The position numbers and the translations under genes are program-made. From Camelus dromedarius (lineage: Eukaryota), in NCBI RefSeq assembly GCF_036321535.1, contig NC_087472.1, positions 99,760,001-99,824,000 on the forward strand: a stretch of DNA of 64,000 bases, written 5' to 3'. This document shows positions 41,062 to 53,825 of this stretch, one piece after another. A model generated the notes under the pieces. It worked only from the letters and a program-made list of their open reading frames with translations, was not told the origin of the DNA and did not search any database. Position 1 is the stretch's first letter, and each line of letters starts with the position of its first letter.

Positions 41062-41489
41062 TGTGTTAGTTTCCTCGTGCTGCTCTAATAAGGCCAAAAA
41101 TCCAAACTGTGTCTCACTGGGCTAAAGTCAAGGTGTTGGCAGGGCTGCAGTCCTTCTGGAAGCTCTAGGGGAGAACCCATTCCCTGGCTTGTCCAGCTTT
41201 CAGAGCTTCTCTGCATTCCTTGGCCCCGTCCATCTCCTAAACTAGTAACAGCTGGTCCCGCCTCTCTCACGGTGCATCACTCTGACACTTTTTCTGCCTT
41301 CCTATTCCACATTTAAGGACCTTTGTGATGACACTGGGCCCACCTGGATAATCCAGGACCATCTCCCCTTCCCAAGGTTGGCTGATTAGCAATCTTAATT
41401 TTTCTCTTCCATCTAAACCTAACATATTCACAGGTTCCAGGGATTAGGATGTGGGTGTCTTTAGGAGGGGCATTATTCCGCCCCCCACA
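41062..41489 (-). mobile_element. MLT1C/D-like solo LTR
   Basis: TG...CA ends with an exact 5-bp TSD tcctc (41057-41061, 41490-41494). Confidence 0.9.
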
Positions 41490-41499
41490 TCCTCCACCA

Positions 41500-42560
41500 G
41501 ATCTGCCAAAGGTTATCAATAACATGTTCCACATACTCAGTGAAAGCAGAACTCCCTCCCAGAGCTCTCCGTCCTGTTGAAGCTGAACGGATTGCCCTGT
41601 GGTCTCGCCGTACAGAGTCACTTGGGGACTGACCTGTCACTGCTGTCTGGGATGGCACCCTTAGTTGCCTGGGTCTCGTGTTTTCCACGTTCTTAGTGTA
41701 CCCCTTTCTCTGCTGCAGCACATCCCCCCGACATTTCTGAAGAAAGAGTACACGGGAGGCATGCATTTGGAGTTCTCATGTGTCTGAAAAGGTTGTTCTT
41801 CCACCTTCATATCTGATTGATGGTTTGATTGAGTGTAGAATTCTAGGTTGAAGATCATGAACTCTCAGAATTTTGAAGCTAGTGCTCCATTATCTTCCAA
41901 CTTCTAGAGACCTGACTGAGAAGTCTTGGCACTATCCTGATCCCCAACCCCTTTGTGTCGCAACTTGCTCGTTCCCTCTGGAAGCTTTTAGGATTGATCA
42001 CTGGGGTTCTGAATTTCATGAGAGTAAGTCTTGGTGTGAGTCTTTTTTCATTCATTGTCCTGGACACTTGTTGGGCTCTTTCCATGTGGAGACAATTGTC
42101 CTTCAATTTAGGGACATTTTATTTTATTATTAATTTGATAATTCCAGTCCTTCCATTTCTTTGTTTACTTTTTTCCTGAACTGCATAAAAGTTGGCTATT
42201 GGACCTTTTGGAATGATCCTCTATATTTCCTATCCTTTCTGTTCTGTTTTTCCATGTCACTGTGTGTTTTTTTTTTTTTTAACCTCCAGGGAGATTTCCT
42301 TGGCTTTCTATAACAACTCTTTTATTCAGTTTTTTAAATTTTGGCTATCATTTTAAATTTTTAAAATATTTCTCATCCTTTGATCGCAACAGCTTCGCCT
42401 CCTCCTCCCCTTCCTCTCTCTCGCTCTCCCCCTCTCCATCTCCCTGTTTCTCTCTCTCTGTTTCCATTTTTATTTGTGTCCTGTCCTTGTTTCAAGGATG
42501 CAATATTGTCTCTTAACATTCTGAGACTCTTTTAGCATTTGGGTTTCTTTTCATCTTTGT
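41500..42560 (-). mobile_element. Old L1/HAL1 ORF1-region relic
   Basis: Minus-strand MERAQQV...EKRLTPRLTLMKF resembles L1 ORF1p (IERAHR..TPRHII.KF); tagaattctaggttga motif. Confidence 0.7.
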
Positions 42561-42569
42561 ATAGTATTT

Positions 42570-43030
42570 ATTTTATTAAAAATTTTTTATTGGGGTAACA
42601 ATTAGTTTATGACATGATAGAAGTTTCTTGTGTACAACATTGTATTTCAATGTCTGTATCCCCTGCAGCGCACTCACCACTAGAAATTTAGCTTCCATCC
42701 GTCCCCATACAGTTGACCCCCTTTACCTACTCTGCCCTCCACCCATCCACTCTGATAATCACTACTCCATTCTCTGTGTTTGTTTTTATTTGGTTTGTTC
42801 ATTTGTTTTTCTATTTGTTTTTTTTAGAGTCCATCCCTATGAGTGAAATCATATGGTATTTGTCTTTCTCCATCTGACTTATTTCATTTAGCATAATACC
42901 CTCAAGGTCCATCCATGTTGCCACAAATGGCAAGAGGTCATTCTTTTTCCTGGCTGAGTAGTATTCCATTGTATATAGATTCCACATCTTTATGCACTCA
43001 TCTGTTGATGGACATTTAGGTTATTTCAAT
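42570..43030 (-). mobile_element. L1MA-like 3' end
   Basis: atgagtgaaatcatatggtatttgtctttctcc...tagcataataccctcaaggtccatccatgttg. Confidence 0.85.
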
Positions 43031-43249
43031 CTTGTAGTGTTTGGTTGTTGATGAAGTCTTCTTTTGTTCCCTATATACTTATTTTTTTTTTCTTAGTTCC
43101 TTTTTTGGTATGTTTTTGTCTCTTTCCTTCACAATGGCTTTGTTCCTCAAATGTCTGGTGATCTTTGACCACTGGAATTGAACATCAGTGTACCTCAAAG
43201 TCTGTCAGCCATCTAGTGAGCCTGGCTGGGACTCTGGTGTGGGTGATGG

Positions 43250-43960
43250 AGCAATGCATCAGCCTGGCAAGAAACAGATGTGACACTTAAACTGGGCCAT
43301 CAAGAAGGATTTCATTAGGGGTCATTTATGAAGCTGTGGGCAGGGTTCAGGAGAAACAGCAAAGACTAGATCAGTATATTATGGCTCAAAGGGCAGAAGG
43401 AGGGAGTGGTGTTTGGAGCTTCACAAGGGTCTCCACAAGGGAAGGGCAGCTGGCAGGAGCTGTGGTCTTCAGCACAAGGACACAGCCAATCAGTGACATG
43501 GAAGGGAGGGCGTGAAGGGACTCTATACTGTGACTTCTTTCTCCTCCCACTATTCATCCCTGCCAGTGCCATCCACTGGGTGAACTTGACACAGACGCAT
43601 CCATACTTCCAGGGCCCAGGGCAGGCTGGAGGAGGACCAAGGATGGAAAAGGAAGGCCTCCTGCACAGTCTGTATCAGTCTGGGTCCATCAGGAGAACAG
43701 ATGCCACTCAGCGTGTTTCAGGTATAAATGGTCAAATGTAGAATTGGGGAGGGACTTGGAAGAGCTGGAGAGTAGAGGTCAGGGACGCTGCCCTAAAGAT
43801 CAGAGGAGCTGACACTTGAATGCCTTGGCCCAATGTTCCGGAATTGGATGCTGCAGTGATTCTCGAGACTCTCTAAGAAGATTCTCCCATGAATCACCCC
43901 AGTATAGAGTGGCAAACTGTTCTCGAAAGCTTAATGGAAAGCTGCTGTGAATCTCATCCA
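43250..43960. mobile_element. Decayed ERVL-class LTR fragments (LTR33-like)
   Basis: caagaaacagatgtgacacttaaactggg...tgtgggcaggg, and tgtatcagtctgggtccatcaggagaacaga. Confidence 0.45.
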
Positions 43961-44564
43961 CCCCCATGTCTGGTTTCCACAGCCTCCAGGGAACTGGTGT
44001 TTGGTTTCAGTTTCTTGCACATCTGCATCTGGGGATCTTTAATGTTCCATCTCCTGCCCTTGGCGGGGAGGGCAGGCCAGAAGGATGGCCAGGCTTGGTC
44101 ACTAGGGTTCCAGGAACTGGGTCCTCTCAGGGTTAATGTCTGGTGGAGCAAGATAAGGAGAGGATTGAGGTCCAGCCAGATGGCAACACTGTCCCCCTGA
44201 TCACAGCCCTGAGCCTCGCCTGAAGGTTGCTCAGCTGAGGTACTCCCTTCCCAGCGTCGGAGGCAGACTCCTATTTGGCAGCTTCCTGCTAAGTCTGTTA
44301 CTCCTCCCTGGTTGCAGGTTGCCGTCTGAACCCCAACGGTGCCTTGAAATGCCTTGTCCTGTGCTGTTTCCTCTCTTGTTCTCCTTGTCCTTGGGGGTGG
44401 AGTCCCTCTTTATTCTCTGATTGTTATTTTACTGGGATTTGAGAGGGAGAGATGGTGATGCAAATAGCCAGTGTGCTACGATTAACCAAAGTATGTATTT
44501 CTTACAACTGCTCCAAACTGTCAAATGAGATGCTCACTTGAAGGTCCTGTGATAATAATTTTTA

Positions 44565-44687
44565 TTTCTTTATTTTTTTATATCAGACAAAATAGACTTT
44601 TTATTGGCATACAGTCAGTTTACAGTGTTGTGTCAATTTCTGATGTACAGCAGAGTGTTTCAGTCATACATACACATTCTTAACGCT
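44565..44687 (-). mobile_element. Very short young L1 3' end
   Basis: cagtcagtttacagtgttgtgtcaatttctgatgtacagca; exact 12-bp TSD taataattttta (44553, 44688). Confidence 0.75.
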
Positions 44688-44839
44688 TAATAATTTTTAA
44701 ATGTTAATTTGTTCAATTATAGTCATCATTTATTCTAAGATATTAAAATAAGGACAAATATGAAATAATAAAGGTGTAACAACCTTCAAAAGCAATCACT
44801 TTTGTTACTAAAATTCTGCACAGTGAAGAAAATCTGGAA

Positions 44840-45005
44840 CAGTGCCAGACACTAGCTAAGCACTTGACAAGCCTTAGCTCATTATAGCCACAGGCCAACC
44901 CGTTTTCCAGATGAGGAACCTGAGGCACAGAGAGGTTCACAAACCTCCCAAGATCTTGTGCCAGCTAGTCCGGGGTGAAGGCTGCATTGTTCATCCCCGG
45001 GCCAG
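44840..45005 (-). mobile_element. MIR
   Basis: ttccagatgaggaacctgaggcacagagaggtt core. Confidence 0.8.
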
Positions 45006-46530
45006 TGGCTGCACCCCCCTCCTCTGCTGGCTCGGAGAATAGAAGGGAAAAGGGCCAAATACAGCCACGTGATTCCAAGATGACCTTTTAACCTTTTGGA
45101 GTATTTGCTTCCCAAGTTTCTAATGTATTTGCTAAGTTAAAAGGCAAGCGTAAGTATAGGGTATGTGAAGATATGTAGTCTCTGCTCTGTCACTTGGTGT
45201 CCTGTCAGAAGCATTTTATACCCAGTTTCCTACCAAGCAAAGCATTCTCTAGGATCCATTTAAATGTTACATTAAGGCCACTGAATAGAAACTTTAAACC
45301 ATGAAAAAAATTGGGTTGCTTTGTTCCACTTCAGCTGACCCCGTAGTTTCTAATGGAATCAGACACAGCTGTCTTTACATTGCCAGGCCTGCCCCTCTCT
45401 CCTGCTAAGGGATGTAGGGCATTTAGCCTCTCTGAACGTGAGTCTGTTCACTTATACAGTGGGGCTAGTAAGATCTTACACTGTTGTCAGGAGAATTTAA
45501 AAGAGGATAAAAGAGTATCATAGCTCCCCGCTTCTCTGTGAACAGAAGTAATTATCTTAAGATGGAGAGAGTTTCAAAACGTAGGTAACATGCTGTATTT
45601 TTGTGTAAGGTTGAACCTTTTTACTCCTTTATTTGGGTGCTAAGAAAAGGCCTAGTCTCTATCTGATAGGCTACTTGTGTTGTTTACAGTCAGGAGAGAC
45701 AAAGGCTTATATAAAACTTTTCTGAAAATTGAATTATGAACACACAGCAAAGGTTCCTTTCAAGATTCCCTCTTGGTCAGGACGTTTTCTGGGAAGAGAC
45801 TGGTTAGGCAGATGATCACCGTTAGGTCACAAGAAGAGCAAGAATGGCAAGCTAACGATGACCAGACTTCGGGCCTGAGGTCAGCTGAGAGGGCGGGCGG
45901 GCAGGGAGGTAGCCAGTTTCCCCGAAAAGAGCTTAACCTCATTCTAGACCACCAGACAATTCCTTTAGCGTTTCATCAGGAATTCTAATTTCTTCCCAGA
46001 AGGTTAGGAAATACGTTCTCCAAATGTTCTGTTCTAGACAGGTTTAATATTTCACAATTGAATTTATGAGAAAAAGAAAAGGTGTTTCGGGAATCCTCCA
46101 AGAAAAAAGTCCTCCCTCCCAAAGGTTCTCAGTTCGTATCACCAGCGCGCTAAAGAGAGTTACCAACTCAAAAAAATACAGTTGTACTGTGTGGAAATCT
46201 TCATATGTCGTAGTGTCATGACACCCTTAGAAAATGCCTGAAGGGATATTCCATTGGAACTGAACAGTGATTATCAATTATCTCTGTAATAATTGGTAAT
46301 TGTGAGCTTATGGAAGATTTTCACCTTCTAGACTATATTTGTTTAATTTCGTTAAATTTCAAAAAATAATGAAGAGGTATTACTTTTGTAATGCTAATAA
46401 ACACCAAAGCGATTTTATCGGCTCGGAGGTGTGTGTCCCTGGTAGCTCTCCTGAGCCCCTTTTCATCACTAAGGATCAACCAGATCATCAGATGGCCACC
46501 CGGATCCTCTGGGCTCCGGGTAGCTGAGGT

Positions 46531-46722
46531 GCAGCGAGGTTCTCACACTTGAGCTGCACCAGAATTCCCTGGAGGGCTGGTTCAAACTCGGGTCAGTGCC
46601 CCGCCCCCCTCAACAGAGTTCCTGATTCAGAAGGTCTGGGGAAGGGTCCATAGCTGGCATCGCTACAATTCCCATGTGCTCATGTAGCAGCTGCTCTAGG
46701 GACCACACTTCAGGAAATGCTG
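46531..46722 (-). mobile_element. MER5A-like MITE
   Basis: ggttctcacacttgag...ccctggagggc...ctgattcagaaggtctgggg...gggaccacactt. Confidence 0.75.
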
Positions 46723-46768
46723 GGGCCCAGGAAAGAAAACTTCAACAGGGGACTCAAAGCCAAACAAA

Positions 46769-48117
46769 GATGTATATAGACTCATTATTGTTTCTTTTTT
46801 AGATTCCACATATAAGTGATATCATATGATGTTTGTCTTTTCTGTCAGACTTACTTCATTTAATATGATAACTCTAGGTCCATCCATGTTGCTGCAAATG
46901 GCAATATTTCATTTTTTATGGCTAAGTAATATTCTGGGGTGTGTGTGTGTGTGTGTGTGTGTGTGATGTCTTTTTAAACCAATTGGCTGTTGATGGGCAC
47001 TTGGGTTGTTGCCACATCTTAGCTATTGTAACTAGTGCTGCTATGAACGTTGGGGTGCATGTGTCTTTTTGAATACAGTTTTCATCTTTTCTGGATATAT
47101 ACCCCAGTGGGATTGCTGAATCATACAGTAGCTCTATTTTTAGTTTTTTTAAAGGAACTTCCACACTGTTTTACATAGTGGCTGCACCAATTTACATTCC
47201 CACCAACAGTGTAGGAGGGTTCCCTTTTCTCTACACCCTCTCCAGCATTTATTATTTGTAGACTTTTTGATGATAGCCATTCTGACCAGTGTGAGGTGGT
47301 ACCTCATTGTGCTTTTGATTTGCATTTCTCTAATAATTATGGATGTTGAGCATCTTTTCATGTGTCTGTTGGCCATCTGTATGTCTTCTTTGGAGAAATG
47401 TTCATTTAGGTCTCTGCCCATTTTTTGATTGGGTCGCTTGTTTTTATGATATTGAGTTGTATAAGCTGTTTGCGTATTTTGGAAATTTGCATCATTTGCA
47501 AATATTTTCTCCCATTCTATTGGTTGCCTTCTCATTTTCTTGATGGTTTCCTTTGCTGTGCAAAAGCTTTTAAGTTTGATTACGTCTCATTTGTTTATTT
47601 TTGCTGTTATTTCTTTTGCCTTTGGAGACTGATTTAAGAAAATATTGCTACAATTTATGTCAAAGAATGTTTTGCCTATATTCTCTTCTAGGAGTTATAT
47701 GGTGTCATGTCTTATATTTAGGACATTTAACCTTTAAACCATTTTGAGTTTATCTTTGTATATAGTGTGAGGGAGTATTCTAATTTCATTGACTTACATG
47801 AGGTTGTCCAGCTTTCCCAACACCACATACAGAAACAGACTCACAGATTTCGAAAACAAACTTACGGTTACCGAAGCGGAAAGGGAAAGGAGGAGAGATA
47901 AATTAGGAGCATGGGATTAACATATACACACTACTATATATAGAATAGATAAACAACAAGGACCTACTATATAGCACAGGGAACTATATTCAATATCTTG
48001 TCATAGAACCTATAATGGAAAATAATCTGAAAAATATAAATCATTCTGCTGTACACCTGAAACTAAAACAATATTGTAAATCAACTGTATTTCAGTGAAA
48101 AAATAAAACAAACAAAC
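46769..48117 (+). mobile_element. L1 insertion with 5' inversion (about 46771-47825 minus, 47826-48117 plus)
   Basis: Minus-strand ORF2 C-terminus with CWRGC-x7-H-x4-C (47149..47535); plus-strand 3' UTR and A-rich tail; 11-bp TSD agccaaacaaa (46758, 48118). Confidence 0.88.
46939..46965. repeat. (GT)n microsatellite within an L1
   Basis: Read directly; other short (CA)n runs near 25044 and 37409. Confidence 0.9.
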
Positions 48118-48252
48118 AGCCAAACAAATGAACTTGACTTACTTCCCACTTTTGCCTCTGGATGGCCTGTATTATTTTTGAGGAGAGGAACTTGAATTGA
48201 CTGGCTCTGTATAATAAGAAGTTGTGCTAGAAAGGGTTTCCCTATATTATTA

Positions 48253-48716
48253 AAGGCAGACCTCAGAGATATTGGGGTTGAGTTCCAGACCACCACAATA
48301 AAGTGAAAATTGCATTAAAGTGAGTCATACAAGTTTTTTGGTTTCCCAGTCATATAAAACTTATGTTTACACTATCTTGTAGTCTATTAAGTGTACAACA
48401 GTATTATGTCTCAAAAACAATGTACATACTTTAATTTAAAAAATATTTATTGCTAAAAAATGCTGATCATCATCTGCGCCTCCAGCAAGTTGTAGTACTG
48501 TCAAAGATTACATACAGGTCACCATAACAAATAAAATTATCACGAAAAAGTTTCACATATTGTAAGAATTACACAGACATGACACAGAGACAGGAAGTGA
48601 GCAAATGCTGCTGGGAAAATGGCGCCAATAGACTTGCTCGGGTAAAGGGTGGCCACAAACCTTCAATTTGAAAAAAATGCAGTATCTGCCAAGGGCAATA
48701 AAATGAGGTGTGCCTG
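48253..48716 (-). mobile_element. Tigger1 internal-deletion derivative (Tigger1a-like)
   Basis: TIRs aggcagacctc and gaggtgtgcctg, TA on both sides; aaaatggcgccaatagacttgctcg is the Tigger1 5' end reversed. Confidence 0.88.
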
Positions 48717-49019
48717 TAACTCGGTGCCTGGTTCAGAGACTTTTCAATTAAGTTCCATGGCCTCTGGGGCTTGAGGACCCATTTGGTTTGGCTGCGTGCA
48801 CTGGGTGCTTCACGACCTGGGGGGTGGCCGTGGCTCAGCTCAGGCTAGCAGATGTGGTTTCTCTGAATCCTGAGGAAGTGATATTGAGGGTGATGGGGTA
48901 GTGGTTATTGCAATACTGTTGTCCTGTTTGGGTCGGAACGTGGGGCTGTTACTGGAGTAGGCAAAACACAGGGAAAACCATCCCCACCAGGCCCCACAAA
49001 TGCAGTTATTCTCTCTTGT

Positions 49020-49530
49020 CTTTTATTGTGGTGAAGTAAACATGAAATTTACCATCATAACCATCTTTAAGTGTACAGATAAGGGGCATTAAGTACATTC
49101 ACATTGTTCCATCCATCTCTGGAACTTTTTCATCTTCCCAAACTGAAACTCTGGCCTCACTATCAGTCTTCTAACACATATAACAGTCTGTTGAGATGTA
49201 ATTCACATACTATCAATTCACCCATTTTAAGATATATAATCCAACCATTGTTTAGTGTCTTCATAGAGTTGTGCAACAATGACCACAATTTAAAAACACT
49301 TCATCACTCCCAAAGGAAACTCTGTACCTGTTAGCAGTCACTGCCTAATTCCCCCAGCCCCCTCCCCCAGCCCCTCATCTACTTTCTGCCTCTCTAGATT
49401 TGCCTGTTCTGGACATTTCATGTAAATGGAATCCTATGATTATGTGTCCTTTTATATGCGGCTTTCACTTAGCATCATGTTTTCAAGGATCATCCATGCT
49501 GTAGCATGGACCACTGCTTCGTTCCCTTTT
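49020..49530 (-). mobile_element. Two adjacent L1MB-like 3' ends
   Basis: Terminal motifs at 49020-49160 and 49175-49530. Confidence 0.8.
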
Positions 49531-51169
49531 GTATCCACCCTTAAGAAGATTCAACTTTGAACTCTTTATCTCCTCCCCACCCTCAATGACTTCCTCCTCC
49601 ACTTGGTTGATCTCTCCATCTTCTCAGCTTCCAAACCAGCTAACACAATATTTCTTTCAAATTGTCCATCTGTGTTCCCTATCCTCTCCCCATATCTGCT
49701 CCCTCACCAGATCTGTGAAATGTAGTTCACAAATGACTCTAGAATGCGACCTCTCCTCAGTGTCAACGCCATAGCATTTCTTGCCTTTACTATCTCTGGC
49801 CCGTCCATGGCCTCGCACTTGGCAGGCTCTCCCTCCTCCAGTCCTGCTGCTGAGGGCTGGCCAGTTACCTTCTTGGAATCAGTCTGCTTGGAAACATTTG
49901 CTCTTGCACATTGCTGGCAGGGTCTTGTTCACACTGGGCCTGGTACAGAGACTGCTTCCAATCAGACTTTTGGCCACACTCTCATCACTTCCACACAAGC
50001 CCCCTTCCAACATCACCTGTTCCCCAGACTCTGAGTATTTTCACACGTCTTTCCCTCTGTCTGGAGTGCTGGCAAACATTTGTATATAGATCCAGCTCCA
50101 GTAGAACCCCAGTCTATGGTGGGGCCTCTGAGCTTAACTTCACCTGGAAGATCAGAGAAGAGAGAAATCACTTTTGCAAGGCAATCCCTACTTTGAAATC
50201 TTCATCACTGGTAAGCTCAAGAGCCCTCTATTGTTAATTATCTCCCGGTTTTAAAAGTTGGCCTTTCAGGTTGGTTTATTCTGATGTTAAATGCCAATTA
50301 GTTTATTTAAAGTTTTATTTATTTATTACAATGCATATTTCACACATATGATTGGAAATTAATGTCCAGTGCTTTGGGAACTTTTTTGGAATATCACTTG
50401 ATTAACTTTTTAATTGTGAAAAAAATGCCCTTCTTTACATAGGACCTCTTATAATCTTGGAGGAGGGGGGCCTGGTAGAGTAGGTAGAAAATAGTAGAAA
50501 CTGTATTTCTTGTTAATATCCTAGGACTGTTCTCCCAATTTACTATTTTCTTAGACAAAGCAGAGCTGTGAAAAGGCTGTAAAATGTTCTTGGCAGGTTA
50601 GTCTATACACTGGGGCCTTTCTTGTGTGTTTCAGATGTAAGTTCCTGTGACTGATCAACTTTGAAGTCATTTACTCAGGCAGTCTTTGGATTTGTAAACA
50701 AGAACACCTATTCCAGTGTTATAGCCTGGTGGGAGAGCACATTTCGCCTTCTAGTTACTTCCTTCGTGTTTTACTTTACAAAGCAAGCCTTTCCTACAAA
50801 CCTTGTAAAGAGAATCAGACTTTGGTTTTATAAATGATCTGCTTCTCTGATTTGATTAGTTTTTTAAAATCTCCATAGAGCTGGTAAAAAAAGTTCTCTT
50901 GGATTTGTTGCCAAGGATTCACTGAACATGATAAAACAGGAAATGAGTGGCTCATTCCACGAGTGGTTATCGGGCTGGGTCAACTGGATGGAGCGAGAAG
51001 TTATTTCCACGGCTTGATGTGGGCAGGTTACCTTTAATCCAGTGTACACTATGCAAAGGAAGCGGGGCAAGCCTGCCTCAGAACTGTCAGCACGGAGCCT
51101 GGAAGGCTTGCTTGCTGTCTGCGGGGTTTCTTCTTAAACCTGCACCCACTAATTTGAGAATTTAATGGG

Positions 51170-51480
51170 GATCTTGACTACATCAAACATTACCATGGTG
51201 TTCTCAATGGTGATTTTCTCTTTCCTTCACTCCTTCTACATTTACTAATTGGAATTCCTTAGTAAGGAAGACTCGTACCCTCTCCCTGACATATTTTCTT
51301 CTTCAGTCAGTTATTTATTTACATCCATCTGGACTTAAAGGCGGGACTTATTCTTTCAGTTTGAATACAATAGCATTGTTATTTATTTTGTGCCTTGGAT
51401 TTTGACTTGCCCCCACCCTTTTTTTAATCGAGCGCTTCCCTTATTTGCTGGCACCACGAGATTTTCACATTTCTCCATAA
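51170..51480 (-). mobile_element. L1MC-like fragment
   Basis: atggtgattttct...ttctacatttactaattggaattc...tggcaccacgagat. Confidence 0.55.
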
Positions 51481-53616
51481 AGCTCATCAGAAGCACCAGA
51501 TAATGACTGTCTTGTAAAGCACTCTGCATGGAATTTATGTTAACGTAAAGATGATATTAGAGGTTATCAAAGCAAAGTATCATTCATCAATGCAAATTAC
51601 AGATGTCAAGTCCGAGTACCCAGAGAGCACGAGCGTGACAGACAGTGAGCGCTGCACAGGCAGGGGCGCAGCCACTTTGCATAGCCCCCAAAACCACCGA
51701 GCGACACAGTGGGGCATTTTCAGTCATGTGATATCATTTTAAGTGTCACGGTTCAGCTACTCTCCATTCCCCCAAATGCATCATCTGTTCTGGTAGCAAT
51801 GGGAATTCAGTGGGACAAATATGTGACATTAAATATGATAGTATTTCTCCAGCCATATTCATGAGATGAATTCTTGTCATTTGAAGTAGTGTACTAACTC
51901 TTCTATTAAAAAACACTTAAGTCCAGCTCTGCTCTTTCCATGTTGAAATATGCCCAGTTAGTTTCAGGGGTCTGAGTCTCTCTGAGAGAGGGATAAGGAG
52001 ACCTAGTGACCTTGGCCTTGGCAAAGAGAATCACCCCTGGAATTGGGCAGACCCCAGACCAGTTCTTCTGGGTGAGGTTCAAGAAAAAAAAGTCCTGGTT
52101 ACAGTGAGCCTTAGCCAGGCTCTATGAGTTTCAGTGTTTGTCAATGCTAAGATCATATCACAAGGTCTCATCACCCTGATAGGCCAAGGCATGTAATGAA
52201 TGAAGTGCCATGGTACCCGGAGCAGGTACAACTGAGTGTATTCACCCTTGCCTTCAATACTTCAGATTCTTAATTTCCATGTTCTTTAATCCTTTTCATA
52301 GGAGTCTGTCACTGATGTCACTACCACCTTCTCAGCAGCTGTGTTGGATGGGTCTTCTGCCCCTTGATTAGTCTCCTGTTTAGATGGTTCTGACACACAT
52401 GAAAAGTATTTAGAAAGATGATGCTACCACTCTCTTGTTGGTAAGACCCTGACTTTGAGGGTTTTTTTTTTTAAACCCAATGAAACAATTATAAGTACAT
52501 CTTTCTTCAGAAATCCTAGGATGTAACCAGTTTACAAGAGTTGCCCCAACATTATAGGTAAGGTATGAAGACAGCCCTGTATTGGGTAGGGAGTCAGCTT
52601 TTATTTGTCATTTGTCGGTCCTCCTAACCCTTAGCTTCCTCCATTTTTCAGGGGTCAGTAAATTAATTTCTTTAAAACAGTCTAATTTCTTTATTGTCTT
52701 ATTTTCTGTCTTCCTCAGTGTCTCCCATCTATTTCACTATCTCTTCCTACCACCAGATGGTGGAAAGGGAAAAGGAAATAACGGACGGTAATTGTGGTGG
52801 CTGTCAGAGTATGGCAAAAGGTGTGCTGGTGAATGGACCCAAAAAGGAGCTTGTGAGTTACCCATGAATTCCCATGAATTCCCTGTTTTCATTTTAGTGC
52901 CCATTCAAAGGTCAGCTGCCCAGACCTGGGGGGGGGTCAATATGGCACAAAGTTAGTTGCCTGTTGGGGAGGGATTGCCTCAGTGGATTCCTGGGAATAT
53001 CAGAACCTGGGAACATCACTGAACAACCGAACTCCACCTGGCCCAGGCACAGGGGTGCGGGGTTAGGGGTCCCTGCTAGGGTCGGTGCCTGGTGATACAC
53101 CCCACCGGCCTCGCTGCACCCTTCTCTTTCTGCATCTCCATCCCACCACCTCCTACAAAGCGATCTTACACCTGGCCTGCCTTTCACAGGAGGCAGTGAA
53201 GGGACATAGCATTTCTCTCCCTCCATAGGATGAACCCCTTCTTCCCAACAGCCCCGTCTGTGAAGCCTTCTTCTGGGTTGCCTCGACATACCCGGGGTTA
53301 CCTGTCATCACCCTCAGCAGGTGTTTGGCCCCTCACCTGTCCATGGTCTCCCCTCCCCCAGCCTGTCCACCACCTCGCGTCGCACCCTCACGGTTGGCTC
53401 TTTCCATCTCCTTTCCCACGTGTCCCTTCACTCGGACGCCCCCTCCCCCCGGACCCTCCCTCCCCACCGCTTGTCTCGAGGAGTCTCGCGGCATTTCCCG
53501 GGGCGTTAACCGAGCCGCCGCGGGTGGGGGGCGGCCTCGCGGAGCTGGTTCCCTCCCCAGCGGGCGGTGAGGGGGGCGCCCGTGCGCCGCAGTCAGAGGG
53601 ACGCCCCGGGGGCCAG

Positions 53617-53668
53617 CCCCGCCCCTCGAAGGCCCCGCCACAGGCCCCGCCCCTCCGGTCCCGCCCCC
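53617..53668. promoter_or_regulatory. Cluster of Sp/KLF GC boxes
   Basis: CCCCGCCCC at 53617 and 53645, CCCCGCC at 53633, CCCGCCCCC at 53660. Confidence 0.75.
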
Positions 53669-53715
53669 ACCCCGGCGGCAGCGCGCCCCCGGCAGGCGGA
53701 GCCGCAGGAGCATAG

Positions 53716-53742
53716 CGGCGGCGGCGGCGGCGGCGGAGGCGG
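53716..53742 (+). repeat. (CGG)7-AGG-CGG repeat
   Basis: Read directly. Confidence 0.95.
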
Positions 53743-53803
53743 CGAGGAGGAGGGGATAGCGGGCGGCGCGGCCGCGGCTGCCGGGCGCTGGGCTGGGCGG
53801 CGC

Positions 53804-53825
53804 TTTTTTTTTTTTTTTTTTTTTT
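53804..53825 (+). repeat. T22 homopolymer in the CpG island
   Basis: Read directly. Confidence 0.95.

Noticed and set aside
47149..47535. 128-aa Cys-rich ORF
   Set aside because: Frameshifted fragment of L1 ORF2p, not a host gene or an active element.
52861..52883. Tandem 10-mer cccatgaatt x2
   Set aside because: Ordinary micro-duplication with no supporting context.
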